Source: Bacilli bacterium (GTDB lineage Bacteria; Bacillota_I; Bacilli_A; RF39; UBA660). From it: a stretch of 64,000 bases of DNA. Within the stretch, counting starts at the first letter, position 1. Each line of letters begins with the position of its first letter. A model generated the notes under the pieces. The model had not been told where the DNA came from and searched no databases. It saw only the letters and a program-made list of their open reading frames with translations. Positions 38,559 to 46,877 of the stretch are shown here, in pieces. Made by a program: the position numbers and the translations under genes. The DNA is taken from contig JAFUCZ010000030.1 in NCBI GenBank assembly GCA_017459425.1, positions 83,651 through 147,650 on the forward strand. The letters run 5' to 3'.

Positions 38559-39119
38559 ATGATATATATAACAAGACACGGACAAACAAATTGGAATGTA
38601 CAAAAGAAAGTAATGGGTAGATGTGATGAACCATTAAACGAAACGGGATTAAGTCAAGCAGAAGAAACAAGAAATAACTTAATGAATACAGATATTGATT
38701 TGATTATTTGTTCACCATTAAAAAGAGCAAGACAAACAGCAGAGATAATTAATAGAGATAGAAATATTCCTATAATATATGATGAAAGAATTATCGAAAG
38801 AGATTTCGGTGAATTTGAAGGAATGGAAACAAAGAATTTTGATTTCCATGGTTATTGGAATTATTATAAGAATATGCAATTTGAGAGTGCTGAAAATATT
38901 CAAGTATTCTTTAAAAGAGTATATGATTTTTTAGAAGATATTACTGAAAAATATAAAGATAAAAATGTATTATTGGTTGCGCATGGTGGAATTAGTATCC
39001 CAGTAGCATGTTTCTTTAATGGAAATATACCAGAAGAATCACTCGTTGATGCAGGATTAGTTTTAGGTAATTGTCAAGTTGCATCATATACAGTGAATAA
39101 TAAAAAAATAAACAAGTAA
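38559..39119 (+). CDS. histidine phosphatase (phosphoglycerate-mutase-like) family protein
   Basis: An N-terminal RHGQTNWN catalytic motif is present. AHGG lies near the C-terminus. Confidence 0.7.
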   Translation: MIYITRHGQTNWNVQKKVMGRCDEPLNETGLSQAEETRNNLMNTDIDLIICSPLKRARQTAEIINRDRNIPIIYDERIIERDFGEFEGMETKNFDFHGYWNYYKNMQFESAENIQVFFKRVYDFLEDITEKYKDKNVLLVAHGGISIPVACFFNGNIPEESLVDAGLVLGNCQVASYTVNNKKINK

Positions 39120-39132
39120 TTACATAAAAAAG

Positions 39133-39161
39133 GTTCGTAGAACTCTATAACTTCTACGAAC
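39133..39161. repeat. lox-like site 4A: GTTCGTAGAA-CTCTATAAC-TTCTACGAAC + T6
   Basis: Same architecture. Confidence 0.8.
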
Positions 39162-39342
39162 TTTTTTCTATGATTAAATTATACTATAAGATATTGTTTT
39201 ATGCAATATAGCAAATAATTTTTTATTAATGAGTTATGTCAAATTTTACATTTTTTAATTCTAATTTGTATATATTTTTTTTAAATCATGGAATTCTATT
39301 GTGTACCAAATGAAAAAGGAATTTATAACATTATTAAAATAG
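39162..39342. promoter_or_regulatory. invertible-module candidate 4 (181 bp)
   Basis: Contains TAAATTATACTATAA, TATGCAATAT and ATGTCAAATTTTACAT. Confidence 0.55.
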
Positions 39343-39371
39343 GTTCGTAGAAGTTATAGAGTTCTACGAAT
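39343..39371. repeat. lox-like site 4B: GTTCGTAGAA-GTTATAGAG-TTCTACGAAT (inverse of 4A)
   Basis: The centre is the reverse complement of 4A. Confidence 0.8.
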
Positions 39372-39405
39372 AATGATTAGTAAATATATTTTGTGGAGGT
39401 AAAAT

Positions 39406-40431
39406 ATGAGAAAAAAGATATTTATTATGATTTTAGGAATAGTAATGTTTATTCCAATAGCACACGCAAAAGATGTTACAAAAGAGGAATTTGTTAGTAA
39501 TTTACAAAAATATGTAGAAGAATTTAATTCAGGTTCACCTACATATGAAGAATATCCATATGGTTCTGGAATTAGAAAAAATATGAAACAAATAATACTC
39601 ACAAATAATGATGAAGGAATTAATTTAAAAAATGGTGATTATGAAACTAATGTTGTATTCAATGAAACAGAGCAAACTGTAAATGGTATAGCAATGAATA
39701 TAGATAATATTAATGATAATTCTACTGAAGTTGAAAAAAAATTATATTATGAAAATATTATGTATAAATATATTCAATTACAAATGATAGGCTTATCTAT
39801 AATTGATTCGAAAGGAATAGATAAAGAATTAGGTTTATCGTCATATGATGTTTATGGTTTAAGAACAGGGACAGATACAATACTTAAAGATCTTTCATTT
39901 AACTTTAGTATTGATTTATCTAAAGTGGAGGTAATAGATGATGATGGATATGAATATCTTGTTCCAAAACTATCAATCGAAAAATTAAGTGATACTAAAT
40001 TAAGGATTTATTTTGATTTTGAAAGATATGATGAAGAACGATTTGATTGGGATAATATACCGATTGATTTATTAATTTTTGAAGATTCATCTTCTGTTTC
40101 AACAAATAGTATTACGCAAATTGAAGATGGATATGTTGATGTAAATATATTGCCAGATAAAGAATACATGTTTAAAGGTGTTGCATATCATCCAACATTA
40201 TTAGGTTATTTGCGATTAAGTGAGCCAGTATATTATAATGTACCATCGCAACAAGATAATCAAGCGACAGATAATAATAATGATAATAATGCTACTAATA
40301 CACAAAAAACTATATCTAATACAATAGACAATCCAAAAACAGGTGTGAAAAACTATATGACAGTTGGTATATTAGCAATCTTAATATTAGGAATAACATA
40401 CAAATTATATAAGAAAAAGGAAAGTATTTAA
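39406..40431 (+). CDS. secreted cell-wall-anchored protein (signal peptide; C-terminal NPKTG motif + TM + basic tail)
   Basis: An N-terminal signal, then ...IDNPKTGVKNYMTVGILAILILGITYKLYKKKESI. Confidence 0.5.
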   Translation: MRKKIFIMILGIVMFIPIAHAKDVTKEEFVSNLQKYVEEFNSGSPTYEEYPYGSGIRKNMKQIILTNNDEGINLKNGDYETNVVFNETEQTVNGIAMNIDNINDNSTEVEKKLYYENIMYKYIQLQMIGLSIIDSKGIDKELGLSSYDVYGLRTGTDTILKDLSFNFSIDLSKVEVIDDDGYEYLVPKLSIEKLSDTKLRIYFDFERYDEERFDWDNIPIDLLIFEDSSSVSTNSITQIEDGYVDVNILPDKEYMFKGVAYHPTLLGYLRLSEPVYYNVPSQQDNQATDNNNDNNATNTQKTISNTIDNPKTGVKNYMTVGILAILILGITYKLYKKKESI

Positions 40432-40442
40432 GGAGGACGATT

Positions 40443-41099
40443 ATGGGATTATTTGATATGTTTAAGAAAAAAAAGGTAGAACAAAAATCAAATCTACCTG
40501 AGAACAAATATTATAAAGGAAATGATATTTTTAAAGATGATGAGGTAAAGGGTAATGAAATATCAATTAGAATTATAAAGAGTATTGAAATACCTGGACA
40601 TTCTAATCTTTATGAATGTACTGTCCAATATGGAATACCAAGTGCACTGATTACAGATGCTTGGGAAAATGAAGATTTACGCTTTTTTGAAAAATTAATT
40701 ATGGAGTTTGATAAAAATGAAATGATTAATAATCCTGATTATGCTAAATTTGTTTTAACAAAATTATTAAGAAGGGAAAGAGTAAGAGAATTACACGACA
40801 TTGAATTTGGTTTAATCGATGGAAAGAAAAATGGAAATTATATTGGTTCTGTTTCAAAAAATAATGGTAATTTATCTATTACAATGAATGATGAAATAGG
40901 AACAGTAATAGAAACATTACCAGCAACAAAAAAGCTTCAAGAAAATTATAAAGAATATATATCTGAAAAAGAGCAAGTACAAAGAAATATAGACGAAAGC
41001 ACATCTACAAGCAGAAAAGAAAGAATTGAATATTTAAAACAAGAACTAGCAAATCTAGAAAAAAGAGAAGAAGAATATCAGAGTTCTAAAAATAAATAA
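40443..41099 (+). CDS. MGLFDM-N-terminus family protein
   Basis: Starts with MGLFDMFKKKK. Confidence 0.45.
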   Translation: MGLFDMFKKKKVEQKSNLPENKYYKGNDIFKDDEVKGNEISIRIIKSIEIPGHSNLYECTVQYGIPSALITDAWENEDLRFFEKLIMEFDKNEMINNPDYAKFVLTKLLRRERVRELHDIEFGLIDGKKNGNYIGSVSKNNGNLSITMNDEIGTVIETLPATKKLQENYKEYISEKEQVQRNIDESTSTSRKERIEYLKQELANLEKREEEYQSSKNK

Positions 41100-41161
41100 A
41101 TGATTTATGACTATTTAATATTGAAAATTAGATAGTCTTTTTTTATTTAGTAATAAAAAAG

Positions 41162-41190
41162 GTTCGTAGAACTACAATACTTCTACGAAC
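41162..41190. repeat. lox-like site 5A: GTTCGTAGAA-CTACAATAC-TTCTACGAAC
   Basis: Same architecture. Confidence 0.8.
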
Positions 41191-41370
41191 TTTCCCCATG
41201 TATAAATTATATTATATATTTCTTAAATATGCAATATGTTAATTAAATTTTTTGCTCATGAAAATGTAAAATTTTAACATTAATTTTTTTAATTACTAAT
41301 ATGTAATATGAAAAACTGTATTTTATTATTTTGCAATAGTAAAACATATTTTAACTTAATAATAGTTAGG
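41191..41370. promoter_or_regulatory. invertible-module candidate 5 (180 bp)
   Basis: Contains TAAATTATATTATATAT, ATATGCAATAT and ATGTAAAATTTTAACAT. Confidence 0.55.
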
Positions 41371-41399
41371 GTTCGTAGAAGTATTGTAGTTCTACGAAT
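41371..41399. repeat. lox-like site 5B: GTTCGTAGAA-GTATTGTAG-TTCTACGAAT (inverse of 5A)
   Basis: The centre is the reverse complement of 5A. Confidence 0.8.
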
Positions 41400-41433
41400 A
41401 ATGATGAATAAATATGTTTTTTGGAGTGAGATT

Positions 41434-42369
41434 ATGGGAATAGAGGAATTAAAGCAACTTCAATTACAAATTATAAGAAAGAATAAAACTTGTAATATTA
41501 TTGGGGTATTGTTATTTATATTTTCATCATTAGTTTTATGGGTTAATTATTTGTCTAAATATAATTTAATAGAGTTAACAATAATGGCGATATTAATTGA
41601 TTTAGTATTTTGTGTTATTATCATGGCATTTGTTAAAAGTAGAGTTAATGGTAAGAATATTCGAACTTTCTATAAAGAGTTTAAAAATGTTTTCGTGTTA
41701 AGTTCGCTTCAAAATGTTTTTGATAATATAACATACTATCCAACAAAAGGTTTTTCTAGAGAATTTGTAAAAAGTATCGGAATGATTGATACTGGTGATA
41801 GTTTTAATTCGAATGATTATATATCTGGTAAATATAAAAATATTTCATTTGAACAAGCAGATATGCATATTCAAGAAGAACATGAAGAAGAAGATAAAGA
41901 TGGAAAAAAAGAAACTGTCTGGGAAACAACTTTTTTAGGCAGATTAATGATATTTGATTTCAATAAGAGTTTTAAATCAGATATACAGGTAGCAAGTCGT
42001 TATTTCTCTGCTGAATCATTACCTTGGAGTAAAAGATTCTCAAGAGTAAGAATGGAAGACATTGAATTTAATAATTCATTTAATGTTTTTGCTGAGAGTG
42101 AACATGAAGCATTTTATATTTTAACCCCACAATTTATGGAAAAAATAAAAGATATAACAAAGAAATTAGGATGTAGTGTTATGTTTTGTTTTGTTAAAAA
42201 TAAATTGCACATTGCAGTGAATAATTATGAAGATTCTTTTGAACATAATGTTTTTAAAAAAATTGATGAGAAGAAAATTCAAGAAAACATAACAAGAGAT
42301 ATAAAATTGATTACAAACTTTGTCGATGAGTTAAGTTTAGATAATAACTTATTCAGAAGGGAGGTGTAG
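41434..42369 (+). CDS. membrane protein (DUF3137-like partner of LemA)
   Basis: ATG after the RBS GGAGTGAG, which follows site 5B. Two TM helices. Confidence 0.4.
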   Translation: MGIEELKQLQLQIIRKNKTCNIIGVLLFIFSSLVLWVNYLSKYNLIELTIMAILIDLVFCVIIMAFVKSRVNGKNIRTFYKEFKNVFVLSSLQNVFDNITYYPTKGFSREFVKSIGMIDTGDSFNSNDYISGKYKNISFEQADMHIQEEHEEEDKDGKKETVWETTFLGRLMIFDFNKSFKSDIQVASRYFSAESLPWSKRFSRVRMEDIEFNNSFNVFAESEHEAFYILTPQFMEKIKDITKKLGCSVMFCFVKNKLHIAVNNYEDSFEHNVFKKIDEKKIQENITRDIKLITNFVDELSLDNNLFRREV

Positions 42370-42370
42370 T

Positions 42371-42919
42371 ATGAGTCTTACAATTATTTTAATTATTGCA
42401 AGTATAATAATACTCATAATATTAGGCTGGTATATATCAGTTTCTAACAAACTAAATAGAGCAGTCGTTAAAATTGATGAATCATTATCAGGAATTGATG
42501 TGGCATTAACTAAAAGGTATGATGTTTTGACAAAAATGATTGATGTAGTTAAAGCATATACTAAACATGAAAAAGAAACACTATTTGAGGTAATTAAACT
42601 TCGCAAGGATATGTCTATACAAGAGAGAAACAATGTAAATCATGTGATGGATGAGAATTTTAGGAAAATTAATGTAGTCGCAGAAAATTATCCAGAATTA
42701 AAATCAAGTGAAAATTATAAAACATTGCAACAATCGATAGCAGATGTTGAAGAACATCTACAAGCATCAAGAAGACTTTATAATTCAAATGTCTCAATAT
42801 TTAATCAATTATTAGTTTCATTCCCAACAAGTAGTATTGCTAAAAGTAAAGGACTAACTAAAAAAGATTTCTTTGAGGCAGATGAGATAAAAAAAGAGGA
42901 TGTAAAAATCAATTTATAA
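42371..42919 (+). CDS. LemA-family protein
   Basis: An N-terminal TM followed by the LemA signature SNKLNRAVVKIDESLSGIDVALTKRYD. Confidence 0.7.
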   Translation: MSLTIILIIASIIILIILGWYISVSNKLNRAVVKIDESLSGIDVALTKRYDVLTKMIDVVKAYTKHEKETLFEVIKLRKDMSIQERNNVNHVMDENFRKINVVAENYPELKSSENYKTLQQSIADVEEHLQASRRLYNSNVSIFNQLLVSFPTSSIAKSKGLTKKDFFEADEIKKEDVKINL

Positions 42920-42935
42920 AATTTGAATAGAGGAG

Positions 42936-43454
42936 TTGAAAATAATGGAAAAAAAGAAAAAAATAACATTACCTATTAAGGTAACAATTGTAGGGTGTTT
43001 AATTGGTTTAGTTGTAGCTGGAATTGGTGTATTTAAACAACTTGATTCCAAAAGAATAAATGAAGAACGTCATGACGAAGCATTAAAACAATCTCAAGCA
43101 ATGGTTGATAAAGCAAATGAAAGATTGGCTGAAATTGAAAAGGAATATAATGAAATAAAGGCACAATATGATGCAAAAAACCAAGAATGTAATGCTGATA
43201 AAACAAATTTTAGTGATCCAAATTGGTTTAATAATCAATCAAATTGTAATCAAGAATTATTTGAATTAAACTCTAAAATGTCTGATTTAGAATTAGAGGA
43301 TTCTTCAATTAAAGCAAAAGATTATACAGTTTACTATGATGAAGTAAAACCTATGTCTTATTATATATTTTATATAATTGGTGGTTCTATAGCTGGTTTA
43401 GCAATATTAGGAGCATTCATTATATATTTAGTTAAAGGCGAAAAAAGATATTAA
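42936..43454 (+). CDS. bitopic membrane protein with coiled-coil
   Basis: N- and C-terminal TM helices. Confidence 0.35.
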   Translation: MKIMEKKKKITLPIKVTIVGCLIGLVVAGIGVFKQLDSKRINEERHDEALKQSQAMVDKANERLAEIEKEYNEIKAQYDAKNQECNADKTNFSDPNWFNNQSNCNQELFELNSKMSDLELEDSSIKAKDYTVYYDEVKPMSYYIFYIIGGSIAGLAILGAFIIYLVKGEKRY

Positions 43455-43592
43455 TAGTTATTTATAAATTTAACAAAAAACTTTGAACTTCTTTAATTAG
43501 AAGTTCTTTTTTTTGATTATTTTTATTATAACTTTAAAATTAAAAAAATAATCGAATGTATTTAATTTGTCCGTCATAAACAAAAGAACAAA

Positions 43593-44261
43593 CTACAATT
43601 GTTTGTTCTTTTCTGTTACTATGCTATATAAATCAATTTCTTTACCATCTATTTGAAATATACAATTTCTATTCAAATACTTTGACATTTCAGTTGGTTT
43701 AATAACTACCTTTGAATGATCCTTTAGACAAGAATAATCGAATGAACCATCAGTAATAATATTTACCGTAATATTATCATTATCTACATTTAAATCAACT
43801 TTTAAAATGTGTTTTACATTATCGTGATAAGGTATTCCATCAATAAATCTCATCATTCTTTCTCTACCCATATCTATTTTGTCAGCAAATGTAAGACTTG
43901 CACCAACAACTGATTCTAAATTTGTTCCTCCAGAATGATTTCTAATTGCATGTTCAATAATATGAATATCTTCGTCTGGCATTCCAATTTTCTTTAAATA
44001 CATTAAAGTAAAATCAGCACTTCTTTCAGCATGTCCTTGTTTTCCCATAACAGCACCAATATCATGTAGGTATGCTGATATTTGACCTAGTTCTATTGTA
44101 TGTTCATCACATCCAATACCAACTAATATTGTTTTTACATAGTTCATAACTCTTGTAATATGTCCCATTCCATGACATCCACAGTTATTGACAATTATAA
44201 CATTATTTACATTGTTAATAATTGCTTTAACTTCTTCATCTTTTAGAATTGTTTCTAACAT
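43593..44261 (-). CDS. HD-domain phosphohydrolase
   Basis: An H...HD motif (AYLHDIG) is present. Confidence 0.6.
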   Translation of the reverse strand: MLETILKDEEVKAIINNVNNVIIVNNCGCHGMGHITRVMNYVKTILVGIGCDEHTIELGQISAYLHDIGAVMGKQGHAERSADFTLMYLKKIGMPDEDIHIIEHAIRNHSGGTNLESVVGASLTFADKIDMGRERMMRFIDGIPYHDNVKHILKVDLNVDNDNITVNIITDGSFDYSCLKDHSKVVIKPTEMSKYLNRNCIFQIDGKEIDLYSIVTEKNKQL

Positions 44262-44375
44262 AAAATTCCTCCTTGTTACTTTCTACAAAGATTCAATAAT
44301 TAAGTGTTTTAATTTTATTATATTTATTTTGTTTTGTCAAATAATTTGCTATAATTATTATAGTAAAAGGTAGTG

Positions 44376-45314
44376 ATGCTAATGAATATTGATTATGATA
44401 AAATTCAACAATCTATTAATGAATACGGAAATTATATTTTGAATTGTATAAAGAGTCAATATAATTCCTCTTTAACTCAAGAACAATTACAGAATATAGA
44501 AGACTTACTAAATATGCAATTCATTGTAATTGAGAAATCATCAAATGAGGATATTGAGTTTTTTAGCAAACAGGCTGGGGTTACTAATCCTGAGGATTAT
44601 AGTGTAGATTATATTCCTTCTGCACATGGTGGTAGAGCTAAAGGGGATAATAAAATTCATATTTATCCATATACAAAAGCATTTGAATCATGTAAAACAG
44701 ATGATGAAATAATTAAATCTTGTATTGGTAATATAGTTGTTCACGAAATATTTCATTATTTCATAAGACCTAATTTATCAGATGAGAACAGAACTAAAAA
44801 AGATGAATTTGGTCATTTTATTACAGAAGGATTAGTACAATATTATTCAGAAGAGTTTGCAAAAAAATATAGATTAGGTGAACCAAAATCTAATTATGGA
44901 AAAAATGTAGAATTTGCTAAACAATTAATTGCATCATTCCCTGAAAATATGACACAAACTGAAATTGATAGGATTATTTTTACATATAATCAGGATCAAT
45001 TATTAGAATTATCAAAAAATGGTAAGCAGTTGTATGATAGTTATATTGAAAATTCAATATTCCAAGATAATATATCTCTATTTATTATTGAAATGGGCAA
45101 AGAAATAGGAATGGATATTAATGATGAGAGATTAAAAAGTATAATAAGACACTATAAGAAAATGGATAATCGTGATGAGATACTTAGTGAATTATACAAG
45201 GGTATAGAGGTAACATTTAATAATAATGAGTTATTAAAAAATAATTATATTATGAAACTTAATAATATTACATCAAATGGTTCTAATGAAGATGAAATAC
45301 ATAAGCATAAATAA
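44376..45314 (+). CDS. hypothetical protein with HExxH (VHEIFH) motif
   Basis: A zinc-metallopeptidase-like motif. Confidence 0.35.
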   Translation: MLMNIDYDKIQQSINEYGNYILNCIKSQYNSSLTQEQLQNIEDLLNMQFIVIEKSSNEDIEFFSKQAGVTNPEDYSVDYIPSAHGGRAKGDNKIHIYPYTKAFESCKTDDEIIKSCIGNIVVHEIFHYFIRPNLSDENRTKKDEFGHFITEGLVQYYSEEFAKKYRLGEPKSNYGKNVEFAKQLIASFPENMTQTEIDRIIFTYNQDQLLELSKNGKQLYDSYIENSIFQDNISLFIIEMGKEIGMDINDERLKSIIRHYKKMDNRDEILSELYKGIEVTFNNNELLKNNYIMKLNNITSNGSNEDEIHKHK

Positions 45315-45367
45315 AAATGTATGTATAAAACAATTATTCAAGGTAAATATTCAATGGAAGTGATTAA

Positions 45368-46717
45368 ATGTTGAAAGATGAATTATTAGATCTTATTTCT
45401 GAGTTTGAAAAAGAAACATGGAAATATCCTGAATCTGATGAATTATTTAATGATATGGATTATATTTATAAAATTCAGAGAAATATAAAAAAGAATGAAG
45501 ATATTGATTTAAAACAAATGTATATAAAAATATCTTCATTAATTGGTATGATGAGATTTAAATATGGATATGAAGGAATGATCGTACAATCAAATCCAGA
45601 TTTGGTTAATTTAAAAAATGTTATAGATTCTATAACTATAAATAGTGATGATATTGTTAATCAATATAACTATGTATCAACACTTTATAGCAATTCTGTT
45701 TCCAAAATAAAAAATCTAGATTTTATAGTAAATAAACATAATAATGAACATGGAAACGAAGGTTTATATCTTGCTATTGAGTCATTAAAATCATTAATAA
45801 CAAATAAGGATTATAGAAATATATTAAATTCAAAACAAATTGGTGAAGTAATAATTGATTGTATAAAATTAAATGAAGGTATTAGTAATATTAAATTTTT
45901 AGAGAATAAGTATCGTGATATTATATCAATGATATGGAATAAATCATTATCTAATGGAGTAGAAAATAAAGATAAATTTAATATTTTATTTTCTAATATT
46001 AGTGGTGGAGTTTTTACTAATCAATTACAAAATCTATTAAATAGATCTGAACAAAACTCATGTAGTTTAATTAGTGATGATTTTATGGAAATATATGGTT
46101 CTGAAACAAGCAGGATTGGATTAATTTATCCTAATAATTCTCAAATATTAATGGCAAGTGCTTATGATTTAGGTTCTAATGTTTTTGGTAATGGTTCTGT
46201 TAATGCAGAAAAAGGAACATCATTGGCAACTCCTGAGGTTTTGTTTAGAATTGGAAAAGAAAGAGTAAAGTCGAAAGAACAAACAGAAAATACTTCAAGT
46301 TGTTATAATGAAGTATTAGTAGATGCTAAACCTTGTGGTGTATTAATTCTTGGCATTGGAGAAAATGATTTGAATATTAATTATAATGAAGCATTATTAT
46401 ACTCTCAAAAAAATGGATTACCATTATATCAAATAGATGTAATGGATTATAAAGATAAATTGAGTGTTGCTGATAAGAGATATATTGCATTTCATTCTTT
46501 GATGTCTTATTTTGGATTAGATTCTTCTATCTTTAATGGAAATGATGCTACAATTGGAACTAATATAAGTAAATTGGTAGAAGAAAAATACGAAGAGATA
46601 ACAAATTTGTTTTTAACATTAAAAAGTAATGGTAATTTAAGTAAAGAAAATATGTGTCAAGCATTATCAAATATAATGGATATGTCTGTTATTAACGAGC
46701 AATCTAGAACAAAATAG
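45368..46717 (+). CDS. hypothetical protein
   Basis: A long ORF. Confidence 0.3.
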   Translation: MLKDELLDLISEFEKETWKYPESDELFNDMDYIYKIQRNIKKNEDIDLKQMYIKISSLIGMMRFKYGYEGMIVQSNPDLVNLKNVIDSITINSDDIVNQYNYVSTLYSNSVSKIKNLDFIVNKHNNEHGNEGLYLAIESLKSLITNKDYRNILNSKQIGEVIIDCIKLNEGISNIKFLENKYRDIISMIWNKSLSNGVENKDKFNILFSNISGGVFTNQLQNLLNRSEQNSCSLISDDFMEIYGSETSRIGLIYPNNSQILMASAYDLGSNVFGNGSVNAEKGTSLATPEVLFRIGKERVKSKEQTENTSSCYNEVLVDAKPCGVLILGIGENDLNINYNEALLYSQKNGLPLYQIDVMDYKDKLSVADKRYIAFHSLMSYFGLDSSIFNGNDATIGTNISKLVEEKYEEITNLFLTLKSNGNLSKENMCQALSNIMDMSVINEQSRTK

Positions 46718-46877
46718 TATTTATTTGGTATCTGAAAGCAAAACATTAGGTTTTTTTGCTTTTTTTTGTTATAATTATTATAGCATACCATAAAAGATAT
46801 ATGTATTGTTGCAAAATGTTAAAATTTTTACTAACCAAACATCATTTATTTATACTATATAAGTGAAAGGTGATAAA

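Noticed and set aside
3385-40507. Short antisense ORFs nested within larger genes: 3385-3585, 5013-5225, 6404-6589, 7187-7435, 16814-17002, 27194-27397, 28289-28471, 28711-29046, 30049-30231, 30664-30861, 31513-31695, 32791-32973, 35116-35322, 36854-37036, 38388-38603, 38718-38903, 39354-39602, 40316-40507 and others
   Set aside because: All lie opposite well-supported CDSs. They have low-complexity AT-rich codon products and no RBS. They are typical spurious frames in AT-rich DNA.
27037-41399. CRISPR array interpretation of the repeated 29-bp hairpin sites
   Set aside because: The repeats are not regularly spaced. Gaps are about 200 bp alternating with 1-4 kb of genes. They occur as inverted pairs, and the variable part is inside the repeat rather than between repeats. 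No cas genes are present.
27037-41399. Integron/attC cassette array interpretation
   Set aside because: The sites lack the R''/R' core (RYYYAAC...GTTRRRY) and the extrahelical-base architecture of attC. Cassettes are multi-gene with their own RBSs. The paired sites are exact inverse copies flanking a separate non-coding module rather than a single imperfect attC. The recombinase is a generic phage-integrase-type enzyme that I cannot assign to IntI.
27037-41399. Sites are merely Rho-independent terminators
   Set aside because: This explains the A copies with A- and T-tracts. It does not explain the B copies, which have no T-tract and sit just before an RBS. It also does not explain the exact pairwise reverse-complement covariation of the 9-nt centres and the mirrored arm variant.
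30823-41399. MITE-like transposable element copies
   Set aside because: The terminal inverted repeats of each copy differ only in the central 7 nt and are pair-specific. There are no target-site duplications. The copies occupy equivalent positions between co-oriented cassettes. The pattern fits site-specific inversion better than transposition. This remains a possible alternative.
41308-41433. Upstream extension of ORF 41308-42369
   Set aside because: It reads through module 5 and site 5B. The RBS GGAGTGAG precedes ATG 41434.
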